Virus record (IMG/VR): IMGVR_UViG_3300045988_162372 | DNA length: 64,000 bases | Source: a virus | Direction: 5' to 3' (one strand) | Program-made: the position numbers and the translations under genes | In this document: one piece after another, positions 27,961 through 36,374 of the stretch | Numbering within the stretch: position 1 is the stretch's first letter | How the letters are laid out: every line of letters begins with the position of its first letter | Notes under the pieces: model-generated | Told to the model about the DNA's origin: nothing | The model's input: the letters and a program-made list of their open reading frames with translations, nothing else | Database searches by the model: none

Positions 27961-28517
27961 AAAATAATAGATTTGTGGCAATTGATTTCGAGACACTTGA
28001 GTGTTGGAGAGCATCTGTTATAAGCATAGGTATTGTTATCATTGAAAACAACCAAATTGTTGATAGTTATTACACAAAGGTTTGCCCTCCTACGCAAATG
28101 GAATCATATCATTGTGTAAAAATACATGGGCTTCATTACAAAGATGTGAAAAACTATCCAAAATTTGATGAAATATGGGAAAAGATTGATAGAGAATACA
28201 TAAAAGGTAGTCCTATCATTGCGCATAATGTAGGCTTTGAAAAAAGTTGCATCAATGAATGCGGAGATTTCTTTGGAACAAATACTGATTATGTATATTA
28301 CGATACATTGAATATGTCTCGTAAGTATATTAATAAGCTTGAAAATTATAAACTTGACACAGTTTCAAAATTTGTGCATCATAAATTAAACCACCACCAC
28401 AATGCGTTGGAAGATGCAAAAGCTTGTGCTGCAATATTTATTTATTTAAATAAAAAACATACTACATTGGTAGAAGACTATGACAGAAACAGAAATAGAA
28501 GAAAAAAAACAAATTGA
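27945..28517 (+). CDS. DEDDh 3'-5' exonuclease (DnaQ/epsilon-like)
   Basis: Exo I FVAIDFETLE, Exo II IAHNVGFEKSCI, Exo III HHHNALEDAKACA. Confidence 0.8.
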   Translation: MEEKIKNNRFVAIDFETLECWRASVISIGIVIIENNQIVDSYYTKVCPPTQMESYHCVKIHGLHYKDVKNYPKFDEIWEKIDREYIKGSPIIAHNVGFEKSCINECGDFFGTNTDYVYYDTLNMSRKYINKLENYKLDTVSKFVHHKLNHHHNALEDAKACAAIFIYLNKKHTTLVEDYDRNRNRRKKTN

Positions 28518-28938
28518 TGATTTGGATTTTTTGGATATGTCCGAGTACAAGGTAGTGTATATTATATACGTTGGAAAAGATGTAGATGATAAAAATATTT
28601 ACCAATTCATATTATCCAACAATCCTGATGATGTATTTTCTGAAGGATGGGGTGAAAAACCTGCGTCCAATATACCTAAATCAATATTAATGATTGATGA
28701 GGATATGTATGAATACGTGAAAGAGTTAAAAACGGATATGATGTTGGACTTAGCACAAGATAATTCCTGTTTTTCAATGCAAGACGCAAGAGATAATATT
28801 GTTGCTCTTGCTTATGAGAATATTGACAATTATGAAGAATACCCAGAGGAAGGTAGAATAGTAATACATTTTGGTGAAAGTATAGATGAAGTTGAGAAAA
28901 ATTTTGCCAAAAGAAATTTATTCTTGAAATTTGTATAA
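28480..28938 (+). CDS. hypothetical acidic protein (alternative start 28537)
   Basis: 152-aa ORF; no motif recognised. Confidence 0.45.
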   Translation: MTETEIEEKKQIDDLDFLDMSEYKVVYIIYVGKDVDDKNIYQFILSNNPDDVFSEGWGEKPASNIPKSILMIDEDMYEYVKELKTDMMLDLAQDNSCFSMQDARDNIVALAYENIDNYEEYPEEGRIVIHFGESIDEVEKNFAKRNLFLKFV

Positions 28939-28997
28939 TCATTATCCATCTTTATAAAAAGATAAACTGTAAAATAAAATTAATAAATTATTAAACA

Positions 28998-29609
28998 ATG
29001 GATAATAAAGCAACCTTTAAAATTGGAAAAAGTATATATTCTCCTGTGTTCTGTGATTATTCAGACAAAGAAATCGTAGACAAAATTGTTGATAGATTAG
29101 GCACATTTGCAAAAGATGTAACAGAAGAGCAATTCTATTTCACAAAAAAATTAGTAAGAGATGGTTGGCAAATTTGTGATTGTTATTATGGCGAGAAAGA
29201 CAAAACTAACAAATATATCTCAAAACTTAAAGCAAGGTTGAATTGGTTTAAATTCACAGGAATTAATAGCGATTATAACAAATGCACGGAAAAGATAATG
29301 GATGAAGAAATCATATCCAATAATGTTTCTGATTATGTCTTATATGTGAATTATGGAAATACAACCATATTCTTATATGATAATACATTGGAAGAGCCGA
29401 CTATGATAGGCACATTTCACTGTTATGATGATATCATAAGAAGTCTTAAACATATTAAGAGAAGCATCCCAGCAAAAGCTAAAATGTCATTCAATGTAAA
29501 TAGATATGTGGACACATTTGATGATAAAGAAAATCCTATATTGCAATCAGCTTTTGGAACAAAATATTATGAAATTGATTTTGATAGATTAAAACTTATT
29601 GCAATTTAA
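28998..29609 (+). CDS. hypothetical protein
   Basis: 203-aa ORF; no motif recognised. Confidence 0.5.
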   Translation: MDNKATFKIGKSIYSPVFCDYSDKEIVDKIVDRLGTFAKDVTEEQFYFTKKLVRDGWQICDCYYGEKDKTNKYISKLKARLNWFKFTGINSDYNKCTEKIMDEEIISNNVSDYVLYVNYGNTTIFLYDNTLEEPTMIGTFHCYDDIIRSLKHIKRSIPAKAKMSFNVNRYVDTFDDKENPILQSAFGTKYYEIDFDRLKLIAI

Positions 29610-29620
29610 TAAAAATAATA

Positions 29621-29654
29621 ATAGCCGTTAGAAATTTAACAAACTAACGGCTAT
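29621..29654. terminator. bidirectional hairpin terminator between convergent genes
   Basis: Perfect 11-bp stem atagccgttag / ctaacggctat with a 12-nt loop. Confidence 0.65.
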
Positions 29655-29660
29655 CCTATT

Positions 29661-29915
29661 TTAAAGTATTACTGAAATTACATAAATTATGACAGTAAAC
29701 AAAGAACCTAATAGAGTGGCAATAAAGTCTTTCTTGTCAAATACAGTATCAAACCATTTTTCTTTTGCAAACTCTAACAACATTGTGACAACAAATCCTA
29801 CTATCAGCCCAACCCATCCGAATAATCCACAAAGACAAGTTAAATAACCTCCAACAAGGAAATGGAGTATCTTGTCACTTCCAAATTTGTTAATTATATT
29901 ATCTATTAATTTCAT
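29661..29915 (-). CDS. small membrane protein (2-3 TM helices)
   Basis: DKILHFLVGGYLTCLCGLFGWVGLIVGFVVTMLL ... LLGSLFTVIIYVISVIL. Holin or other membrane role not resolved. Confidence 0.5.
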   Translation of the reverse strand: MKLIDNIINKFGSDKILHFLVGGYLTCLCGLFGWVGLIVGFVVTMLLEFAKEKWFDTVFDKKDFIATLLGSLFTVIIYVISVIL

Positions 29916-29936
29916 TATATTTTAATATTTTCATTA

Positions 29937-31085
29937 TTATATTACATACATACCAAGAGGAATACCTTTCTTCATTTCTAACATACTTTGTACCATTTCA
30001 GCTTGACGTTTCATTGTTTCATAAGGAGACATTCTTTGCAATCTTTGGTCAAGGTTTTGCATAATATTATCTTTTTCTCTTTGACCCATTGATATAAGTG
30101 TCTGATAATCAAGAGTTAATGGGCTACTTATCATATTTATATTACCTGAGAATTTTCCTCTTACCAATCCTAATGTTTCAGCAGCATGTGCAATAAGTAA
30201 TTGTCGTATGATAACTTTTGTTGGGGAATTAAATAAAGTATAATCCATTTTATCCAAAGGCACTTGGTCAGGAGTAAGCAATACATCAGGATTAGCCTTT
30301 CTACATTCATCAGCATTTGAAGGATTTACATCATAATATGTATACCAACAAACACAGTTATTAAGATTATACATATTTATTCCTGAACTACCAAAAGTTA
30401 ATTTACTTCCTGGTGTACTCATTAAATGAATTAAATGTGTACCATCAGGCCCTGCTGTTACCTTATATGTTAAATCACATCTAAAGAATTTATTTTTCTG
30501 TGCCATTGACGCACTGAGCAATGCAACATCATATAAGTTAAAAGCATAAGTTCCGACCCCCAATCCATAAGCAGTACCTACACCACCGAATGCAGCAGCA
30601 GAAGAAAATCCCATTTGTCCATAAACCCCCTCTCCAAACGGAGTGCCAAAACCACTATATGATGCAAATAAAGCAGCATCTGTTTCAGGTGGTGTAATCC
30701 ACAATACTTTATTAATTTCACGTCCAGCGGGAATTACATATACTTGTTTCCCTTTTTCCAATTTAAAGAAGTCCTTTTTTAATTCCCACGGCCCAGAATT
30801 TTGTAAACCCACTTGCTTGCTGAACCAATAGCTATAATCTTTTGAAATATCTAACGTTCTTACAGATAGAGCATAAGCAATATCAGTATTAGTTACATCC
30901 TTACCATATAGAGAAGCCCAGTTACTCTCTATAACAAAATTTTGGACTTTTTCAGCATAATCACCCACTGCAATTTCTAACAAATCGCATAATGCATTAT
31001 CAGTTAATTCAATTTTTCTTATCCCACCTGAAAGTTTTGAACGTACAAGTTTGAATAAGTGTTTTATTTCATCATCAATAACCAT
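29937..31085 (-). CDS. hypothetical virion protein
   Basis: 382-aa ORF; no confident motif. Confidence 0.45.
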   Translation of the reverse strand: MVIDDEIKHLFKLVRSKLSGGIRKIELTDNALCDLLEIAVGDYAEKVQNFVIESNWASLYGKDVTNTDIAYALSVRTLDISKDYSYWFSKQVGLQNSGPWELKKDFFKLEKGKQVYVIPAGREINKVLWITPPETDAALFASYSGFGTPFGEGVYGQMGFSSAAAFGGVGTAYGLGVGTYAFNLYDVALLSASMAQKNKFFRCDLTYKVTAGPDGTHLIHLMSTPGSKLTFGSSGINMYNLNNCVCWYTYYDVNPSNADECRKANPDVLLTPDQVPLDKMDYTLFNSPTKVIIRQLLIAHAAETLGLVRGKFSGNINMISSPLTLDYQTLISMGQREKDNIMQNLDQRLQRMSPYETMKRQAEMVQSMLEMKKGIPLGMYVI

Positions 31086-31128
31086 TGCAATATATTAATT
31101 TATATATAAATAGTTCATCACTTCAATC

Positions 31129-31136
31129 ATATTTAT
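31129..31136 (+). promoter_or_regulatory. putative late promoter core (ATATTTAT)
   Basis: 29 nt upstream of ATG 31166. Confidence 0.4.
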
Positions 31137-31165
31137 TAGAAATAAGATATAAAGTAATAATATCA

Positions 31166-31567
31166 ATGGCATATAATTTCTTCATAAACAAAGGGGCAAC
31201 ATTACCAACACTTAGAATGGAAGCAATAAATGACGGCAGACATGATTTCTCTAAATTAAACATTGCCCTACAAGCAGCAGATGTATATTTCAATATGACA
31301 AATATTGAAAATGGTATTAGAAAAATTGCTAATCAAAAAGCAAATGTTATCATGAAAGAAGATAACGGTTGCGAGGATAAATATATCATTGAATATCAAT
31401 GGAAAGAAAGAGATACAAAAACACCAGGACTTTATAAAGGAGAGTTTAGAATTGTATTCAATGACACAGTTGAAGTAGATGGCAAAACATTGCCAATAGG
31501 TGAGTTGATAGTACCTATATCACAAGAACTACACATACATATTATAGAAGGAAATATTAAAAAATGA
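31166..31567 (+). CDS. Ig-like structural protein (BppU-N/DUF2479-like pattern)
   Basis: Start moved to MAYNFFINKGATLPTLRMEA... The pattern ...VYFNMTNIENG...YIIEYQWKERDTKTPGLYKGEFRIVF...LPIGELIVPI resembles N-terminal Ig-like domains of phage baseplate or fibre proteins. Confidence 0.4.
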   Translation: MAYNFFINKGATLPTLRMEAINDGRHDFSKLNIALQAADVYFNMTNIENGIRKIANQKANVIMKEDNGCEDKYIIEYQWKERDTKTPGLYKGEFRIVFNDTVEVDGKTLPIGELIVPISQELHIHIIEGNIKK

Positions 31568-31585
31568 AAAATATAGCTTTCAGGT

Positions 31586-31616
31586 TTTGTTCTTACCCTA
31601 TTTAATAGTATATTTG
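31586..31616 (+). promoter_or_regulatory. Bacteroidota sigma-A type promoter for the DNA polymerase
   Basis: TTTG (31586..31589), 19 nt, TATATTTG (31609..31616). Confidence 0.65.
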
Positions 31617-31678
31617 CATTGAAGTTTGATTGGCATGATGTATTGAAGAGTAATACTTAACTGCTGATTCAGTAAAAT

Positions 31679-34231
31679 ATGTTAATTAATAAATTATTTG
31701 TAATGAGTTCAAAACCTGAAGTAACAAAAGAGCAGGTACATGCTTTTTTGATGGGTAGTAACCCAATGGAACATATCATCAAAATCGAAGGAGATTATAA
31801 TGATGATAAGATTTATGTTATTTACAGAGATGAGAATAACAAACTAAAGACTGACATAGATAATTTCTATCCTTTTGTATGGTGTAAACAAAGCACTGGA
31901 CGTTTTCTCTATAATGGGGACAGAAAGAAACTGAAAGACGCTATGGCTAAATACAATTTAGGCTGTAAGGGTCTTAGAATACATGATACTGATGGAAATG
32001 TACATCCTCGTATGGAAAATGGATATCGTGTCATGTTCTATGCTAAAACACCTATGGCATTTTCCAAATTCCAAAAATTCTTTGAAGAAGGTGGAAGACC
32101 TATATATCCAAAACCAAGCGACAAAAGTTACGGATTAAGGGATTATATCTGTGTTGCTCCTAATGAACAATATATGATTTCAACAGGAAAAAGAATGTTC
32201 AAGGGGTATGAAGATTATGATGACTTGCTACGTCTTGAATGGGACTTGGAAACAGAAGGACTTGACCCAAATATCAATGCCATTTCACAGATTGGTATAA
32301 GAACAAACAAGGGTTTTGAAAAAATCATTTCAATTCAAGGCGAAGGTGAAGAAAAACTTGAAAATGAAATGAAAGGTTTATCAGAGTTTTTCCAAATTGT
32401 AAGAGAAATACAACCTGATGTAATGACAGGACATAACACAGAGAACTTCGACTGGAATTTTATTGATGTTCGTCTAAAAAAGCGTGGGTTATCCCTTTTC
32501 GATTATACACAACAGTTATTTTATGGAAAAGGTATATATAAAAAACAAAAAGAGGCTGTTTTGAAATTAGGAGGGGAAATGGAATATTATTATCCTACTG
32601 TAATGTGGGGACATAATCTTACAGATTCTTTATTTGCTGTAAGACGTGCGCAAGCTCTTGATAGTAATATGAAAAAAGCCGATTTGAAGTATGTTACTAA
32701 ATATTCAAAACTGAATAAACCCAATCGTGTATATGTACCAGGAAAAGTTATTAATAAAACTTGGAGTGATACATCAAAAACTTATGCTTTTAATAATGAG
32801 AATGGTGAATGGTTTAAGATAACAGATGAAATTCTAAACAAAACTTTTATAAATTGTATTGGAGAAAAACTACAAAGATACAGTCTAAATAACGATGGCA
32901 CATTACATGATAATAAAGAAAATCGAGATTTTAAATATGTAACAGGACGATACATTGTTGAACGTTATCTTTTGGATGACCTTTATGAAACAGATAAGGT
33001 GGAGCTTCGTTATAATCAATCTAATTTTCTTGTGGGTAAGATGCTTCCTGTGTCATTTGAGAAAATGTGTACAATGGGAACTGCCGCTATATGGAAGTAT
33101 ATTATGCTTGCATGGAGTTACGAACATGATTTAGCAATTCCAGAATTAATTGATACAAAACCGTTTACAGGTGGATTATCACGTTTATTAAAAGTAGGGT
33201 ATGTAGATAGAATTGTAAAATTGGATTTCAATTCACTTTATCCATCTATTATTCTTTCATTTAATATTAAGACACCTGTAGATGTAATGGGTGTTATGAA
33301 TGCTATTCTTGAATACATCTTGACTGAACGTGAATACTATAAAGGATTAAAGGCAGATTTTGGAGCAAAAGCAAAAAAGATAAAGAAACAAATAGAAGTA
33401 AATCCAAATCTTCCAAATATCAAGGAATTAAAAGAAGAGCAACAAAAATACGAAACAGAAGCTGCACGAAATGACAAGATGCAATTGCCTTTAAAGATTA
33501 CTGGTAATGCATTCTTTGGTTCATACGGTTCTGGAAGCGTTTTTCCTCATTCAGATTTGATTTGTGCAGAAGAAACAACTTGTACAGGACGTATGATGTT
33601 GCGACTTATGATTTCGCATTTCACGAGTATTGGATATGAACCTATTGTAGGTGATTCATTTACCGAAGATACTCCTTTATTTATCAAATATAATAATACA
33701 AATGACATTGATATAGTACCAATATCAAAATTGATAAATGAAAAGAAAATTAAAAAGGATAAATTAGATAGGGAGTATGATACCTCTAAAAAAGATTTTA
33801 AGGTATTATGTAGAAGCGGATGGAAAGAAGCCACATATATTTACAGACATAAAACAGATAAGGATATATATCGTATAAATGATAACAATTGTTCTGTTGA
33901 TGTTACAGAAGACCATTCTCTGTTTAATGAAAAACAAGAGAAAGTAATACCAAGCGAAATAAACAAGAATACTAAACTTGAATATTATAATGGTGGAAAT
34001 ATTATATCGAATAAATATACATTCGATAAACGTAAATTAAATATGTGTGCAGTCCTTGCAGCAGGAAATAGAGAACACGCTTTGATAACAAAAGAAGTGC
34101 TTAATAGTACGGTTTCTTGCAAAAAATATTTCTTGGATAGGTTTGAACATTATAGACAACCAAACAAAAAATATTCAAAGCAAATTATAGCTTCATTACA
34201 ATATATTAAAATGTGTGTAGAAAATAGGTAA
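31679..34231 (+). CDS. polB: family-B DNA polymerase, N-terminal fragment (exonuclease + palm to mid motif C) fused to an N-intein
   Basis: Exo I LEWDLETEGLD, Exo II HNTENFDWNF, Exo III YLLDDLYETD, motif A LDFNSLYPSII, motif B KITGNAFFGSYGS. Polymerase sequence ends ...GYEPIVGD (aa 659), followed by intein block A SFTEDTPLF and block B VDVTEDHSLF. Alternative start MSSKPE at 31703. Confidence 0.85.
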   Translation: MLINKLFVMSSKPEVTKEQVHAFLMGSNPMEHIIKIEGDYNDDKIYVIYRDENNKLKTDIDNFYPFVWCKQSTGRFLYNGDRKKLKDAMAKYNLGCKGLRIHDTDGNVHPRMENGYRVMFYAKTPMAFSKFQKFFEEGGRPIYPKPSDKSYGLRDYICVAPNEQYMISTGKRMFKGYEDYDDLLRLEWDLETEGLDPNINAISQIGIRTNKGFEKIISIQGEGEEKLENEMKGLSEFFQIVREIQPDVMTGHNTENFDWNFIDVRLKKRGLSLFDYTQQLFYGKGIYKKQKEAVLKLGGEMEYYYPTVMWGHNLTDSLFAVRRAQALDSNMKKADLKYVTKYSKLNKPNRVYVPGKVINKTWSDTSKTYAFNNENGEWFKITDEILNKTFINCIGEKLQRYSLNNDGTLHDNKENRDFKYVTGRYIVERYLLDDLYETDKVELRYNQSNFLVGKMLPVSFEKMCTMGTAAIWKYIMLAWSYEHDLAIPELIDTKPFTGGLSRLLKVGYVDRIVKLDFNSLYPSIILSFNIKTPVDVMGVMNAILEYILTEREYYKGLKADFGAKAKKIKKQIEVNPNLPNIKELKEEQQKYETEAARNDKMQLPLKITGNAFFGSYGSGSVFPHSDLICAEETTCTGRMMLRLMISHFTSIGYEPIVGDSFTEDTPLFIKYNNTNDIDIVPISKLINEKKIKKDKLDREYDTSKKDFKVLCRSGWKEATYIYRHKTDKDIYRINDNNCSVDVTEDHSLFNEKQEKVIPSEINKNTKLEYYNGGNIISNKYTFDKRKLNMCAVLAAGNREHALITKEVLNSTVSCKKYFLDRFEHYRQPNKKYSKQIIASLQYIKMCVENR

Positions 34232-34494
34232 TACTTTGACAGAAGAAAAGAGTAAAAATATTTTAGCAAAGAAATATAATTGTCCGCAAAATATATCTGA
34301 ACATGAATTTTGTAAAAGTAAAGGATGGTACAGAATATATGATTGCAGTTGTTTATGCTATAAATGGAAAAAAGTAATAATTAAACAAGAATGTTATGAA
34401 AGTACAAAAAATAAATAAGACTGATAAGTATGTTTATGATATTTCACTTGATGGAACAGTTGTAAACGCATTAGGAATGAATATTCTCTCCAAT
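33656..34494 (+). mobile_element. split intein in PolB motif C: N-intein 33656..34228, 164-nt gap with endonuclease relic, C-intein 34396..34494
   Basis: Ser1 codon at 33656; T-x-x-H block B; stop at 34229..34231. The second ORF opens with the 33-aa MKVQKINKTDKYVYDISLDGTVVNALGMNILSN, then Thr+1 at 34495. Joined exteins read PIVGD-TDGFNF. Confidence 0.7.
34236..34418 (+). pseudogene. relic of the C-terminus of the Zn-ribbon/Vsr-like nuclease family, lying between the intein halves
   Basis: SKNILAKKYNCPQNISEHEFCKSKGWYRIYDCSCLCYKW aligns with SKNNMIKKYGLDKKLTEWEMARQLGYDRIWDCGLLKYVW (C-terminus of 51928..53625) and with EIYRIYDCGSMCF (C-terminus of 17963..19417). Confidence 0.6.
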
Positions 34495-36048
34495 ACAGAT
34501 GGATTTAATTTTCAAATGCCTAAAACATTTCGTTATACTGACGAGCATCCGTATATAAGTGATGGGGGAGGACGCAATAGTGAAAAAGGTAAAAAATATA
34601 CAAAAGTAGATGCAGATGTTGCTGAATTTGAAGACAAGTATTTAAATCACGCCTTTAATGGAGGTATTAATAAAAACGGTCTTGGTATAGATGAATATTG
34701 TAATGCTACCATTAATTTTGCTCGTAAGAATTATGCAGACTTGCTTGATAATGGAAAGATTAAAATGGTTGGAAATACAATCAAATCCAAAAAAATGCCT
34801 ATTTACATTGAAAAATTTTTGAATGAAGCCATAAGACTTTTATTAAATGGTAAAGGCGCAGAATTTCTTGAATATTACTATGATTATGTAGAGAAAATTT
34901 ACAATTTACAAATTCCATTACAAGATATTGCAACTGTTGGTAAAATAAAAGTCAATCTTGATACCTATAAAGCTAATTGCAAGAAATTGACATCAGCAGG
35001 AACTAAGAAAGCAAGACAAGCATGGTATGAGCTTGCAATTAAAGACAATTTAAATGTCAATATGGGCGATGCAATATATTATATCAATGTGGGAAATAAA
35101 AAAGCTACATCAGACATACAAAGAGTGAGCAAATTATATTATATTGATAAAAATGGAAATAAATGCGAGGATTTCATTGATGAAAATGGTGAGGTTGTGT
35201 ATGATAAAAAAGGAAACCCTAGTAATTTTACTAAGAAAATAAAAGCGGAGTATGATAAGCTGAAAAAATCAATGAATAAATCGGTTATAAAGAACATAAA
35301 TGACCCATCCAATACATTTTATACTATACTTGAGTACGCCCAACAGAAATATCCTTTCTTAAAAATTCAGGAAGAAGATGAGATAATATTCAATTGTGTT
35401 AGACTTTCAAATGAAATTGTAGAGGACGAAGAGGAACATTTTTGCACTGCTGATTTTGAATATAATAGGGCAAAATACATCAATATGTTCAACAGTCGTA
35501 TAAGACCCTTGCTTGTATGTTTTGATAAAAAAATCAGAACAAAAATAAACGATAAAGGTAAAGAAGTTGACAACATCTTAATTGATAACCCAAAAGATAG
35601 AAAAGCCTTTACCGAGGATGAAAGTAAACTTGTATCTGGTCAACCATATAACATAAAAGATCAAGACACTTATGAACAACTTATGACTATCGAGGATAAG
35701 GAAATCAAGTTTTGGTTATCAGTTAACAAAACACCACCTTTTGTAAAAGAATGTGGAATTGATTGGGATAAGACTGTTGAAAAATATCAAGAAAGACAGA
35801 AACAACTTGAAAGTGAAGGAGTTAAAGCTGAACTGGAAGAGTATAATAAAATAATTGATTCTTTAAAAGAAAGTGATGTAGAAAAATTCAACGAAACTGG
35901 TGAATTGCCAGATAAGTTAATGAAACTCATTGATATAAATATGGATACATATGACTTCGTTTCAAAGAAATGGGGAGTTATATTAGGAAGTATGTTTGAT
36001 GTACTTGATAAAGATTTTAGTATAAATAGATTTGATGCGGAAGAATGA
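34396..36048 (+). CDS. polB: C-intein (33 aa) fused to the family-B DNA polymerase C-terminal fragment (rest of motif C, thumb)
   Basis: After ...NILSN the sequence TDGFNF completes motif C. ARKNYADLLDNGKIKMVGNTIKSKKMP matches the KKRY-type region that follows motif C in family-B polymerases. Confidence 0.8.
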   Translation: MKVQKINKTDKYVYDISLDGTVVNALGMNILSNTDGFNFQMPKTFRYTDEHPYISDGGGRNSEKGKKYTKVDADVAEFEDKYLNHAFNGGINKNGLGIDEYCNATINFARKNYADLLDNGKIKMVGNTIKSKKMPIYIEKFLNEAIRLLLNGKGAEFLEYYYDYVEKIYNLQIPLQDIATVGKIKVNLDTYKANCKKLTSAGTKKARQAWYELAIKDNLNVNMGDAIYYINVGNKKATSDIQRVSKLYYIDKNGNKCEDFIDENGEVVYDKKGNPSNFTKKIKAEYDKLKKSMNKSVIKNINDPSNTFYTILEYAQQKYPFLKIQEEDEIIFNCVRLSNEIVEDEEEHFCTADFEYNRAKYINMFNSRIRPLLVCFDKKIRTKINDKGKEVDNILIDNPKDRKAFTEDESKLVSGQPYNIKDQDTYEQLMTIEDKEIKFWLSVNKTPPFVKECGIDWDKTVEKYQERQKQLESEGVKAELEEYNKIIDSLKESDVEKFNETGELPDKLMKLIDINMDTYDFVSKKWGVILGSMFDVLDKDFSINRFDAEE

Positions 36049-36314
36049 TGAAAGACAAAATTATAAATAATATAGGTAAAATTATAATACTATCAGCAAT
36101 AGTTATTATTTCTCTTATTTGGATATTTATAGGCTTTAAGAGCGTACTTTTAACTATAGGTGTATTAACTCTACTATCGTACATAAATACAGCTATTACA
36201 ACACTTGGAAATGCCTTTATTGGACGTGATATAAATATGAGTTATGATATATTTTGGAAAATGCTATTCATATTCATAACATCGTTATGTTTTGGAATTT
36301 ACTTTAATATATAA
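36045..36314 (+). CDS. small membrane protein (3 predicted TM segments)
   Basis: IIILSAIVIISLIWIFIGF, VLLTIGVLTLLSYINTAITTLG, MLFIFITSLCFGIYF. 4-nt overlap with the polymerase stop. Confidence 0.5.
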   Translation: MMKDKIINNIGKIIILSAIVIISLIWIFIGFKSVLLTIGVLTLLSYINTAITTLGNAFIGRDINMSYDIFWKMLFIFITSLCFGIYFNI

Positions 36315-36320
36315 AAAAAA

Positions 36321-36353
36321 AATAAGGAAGAGAAAATTAATCTCTTCCTTATT
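36321..36353. terminator. bidirectional hairpin terminator
   Basis: Perfect 13-bp stem aataaggaagaga / tctcttccttatt with a 7-nt loop, preceded by an A-run. Confidence 0.65.
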
Positions 36354-36374
36354 AGGTATGTGATGACACTCTAA

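Noticed and set aside
31085-31165. N-terminal extension of the 31085..31567 ORF
   Set aside because: The extension covers the divergent intergenic region, including the late element at 31129..31136. The sequence is low-complexity, so the start was moved to 31166.
34229-34396. Ribosomal frameshift, read-through or a group I intron joining the two polymerase ORFs
   Set aside because: The two ORFs and the gap ORF are in three different frames separated by 164 nt with stops, so a single frameshift cannot join them. The break is flanked by Hint-domain blocks A/B and F/G rather than by contiguous polymerase sequence. This fits protein splicing rather than RNA splicing.
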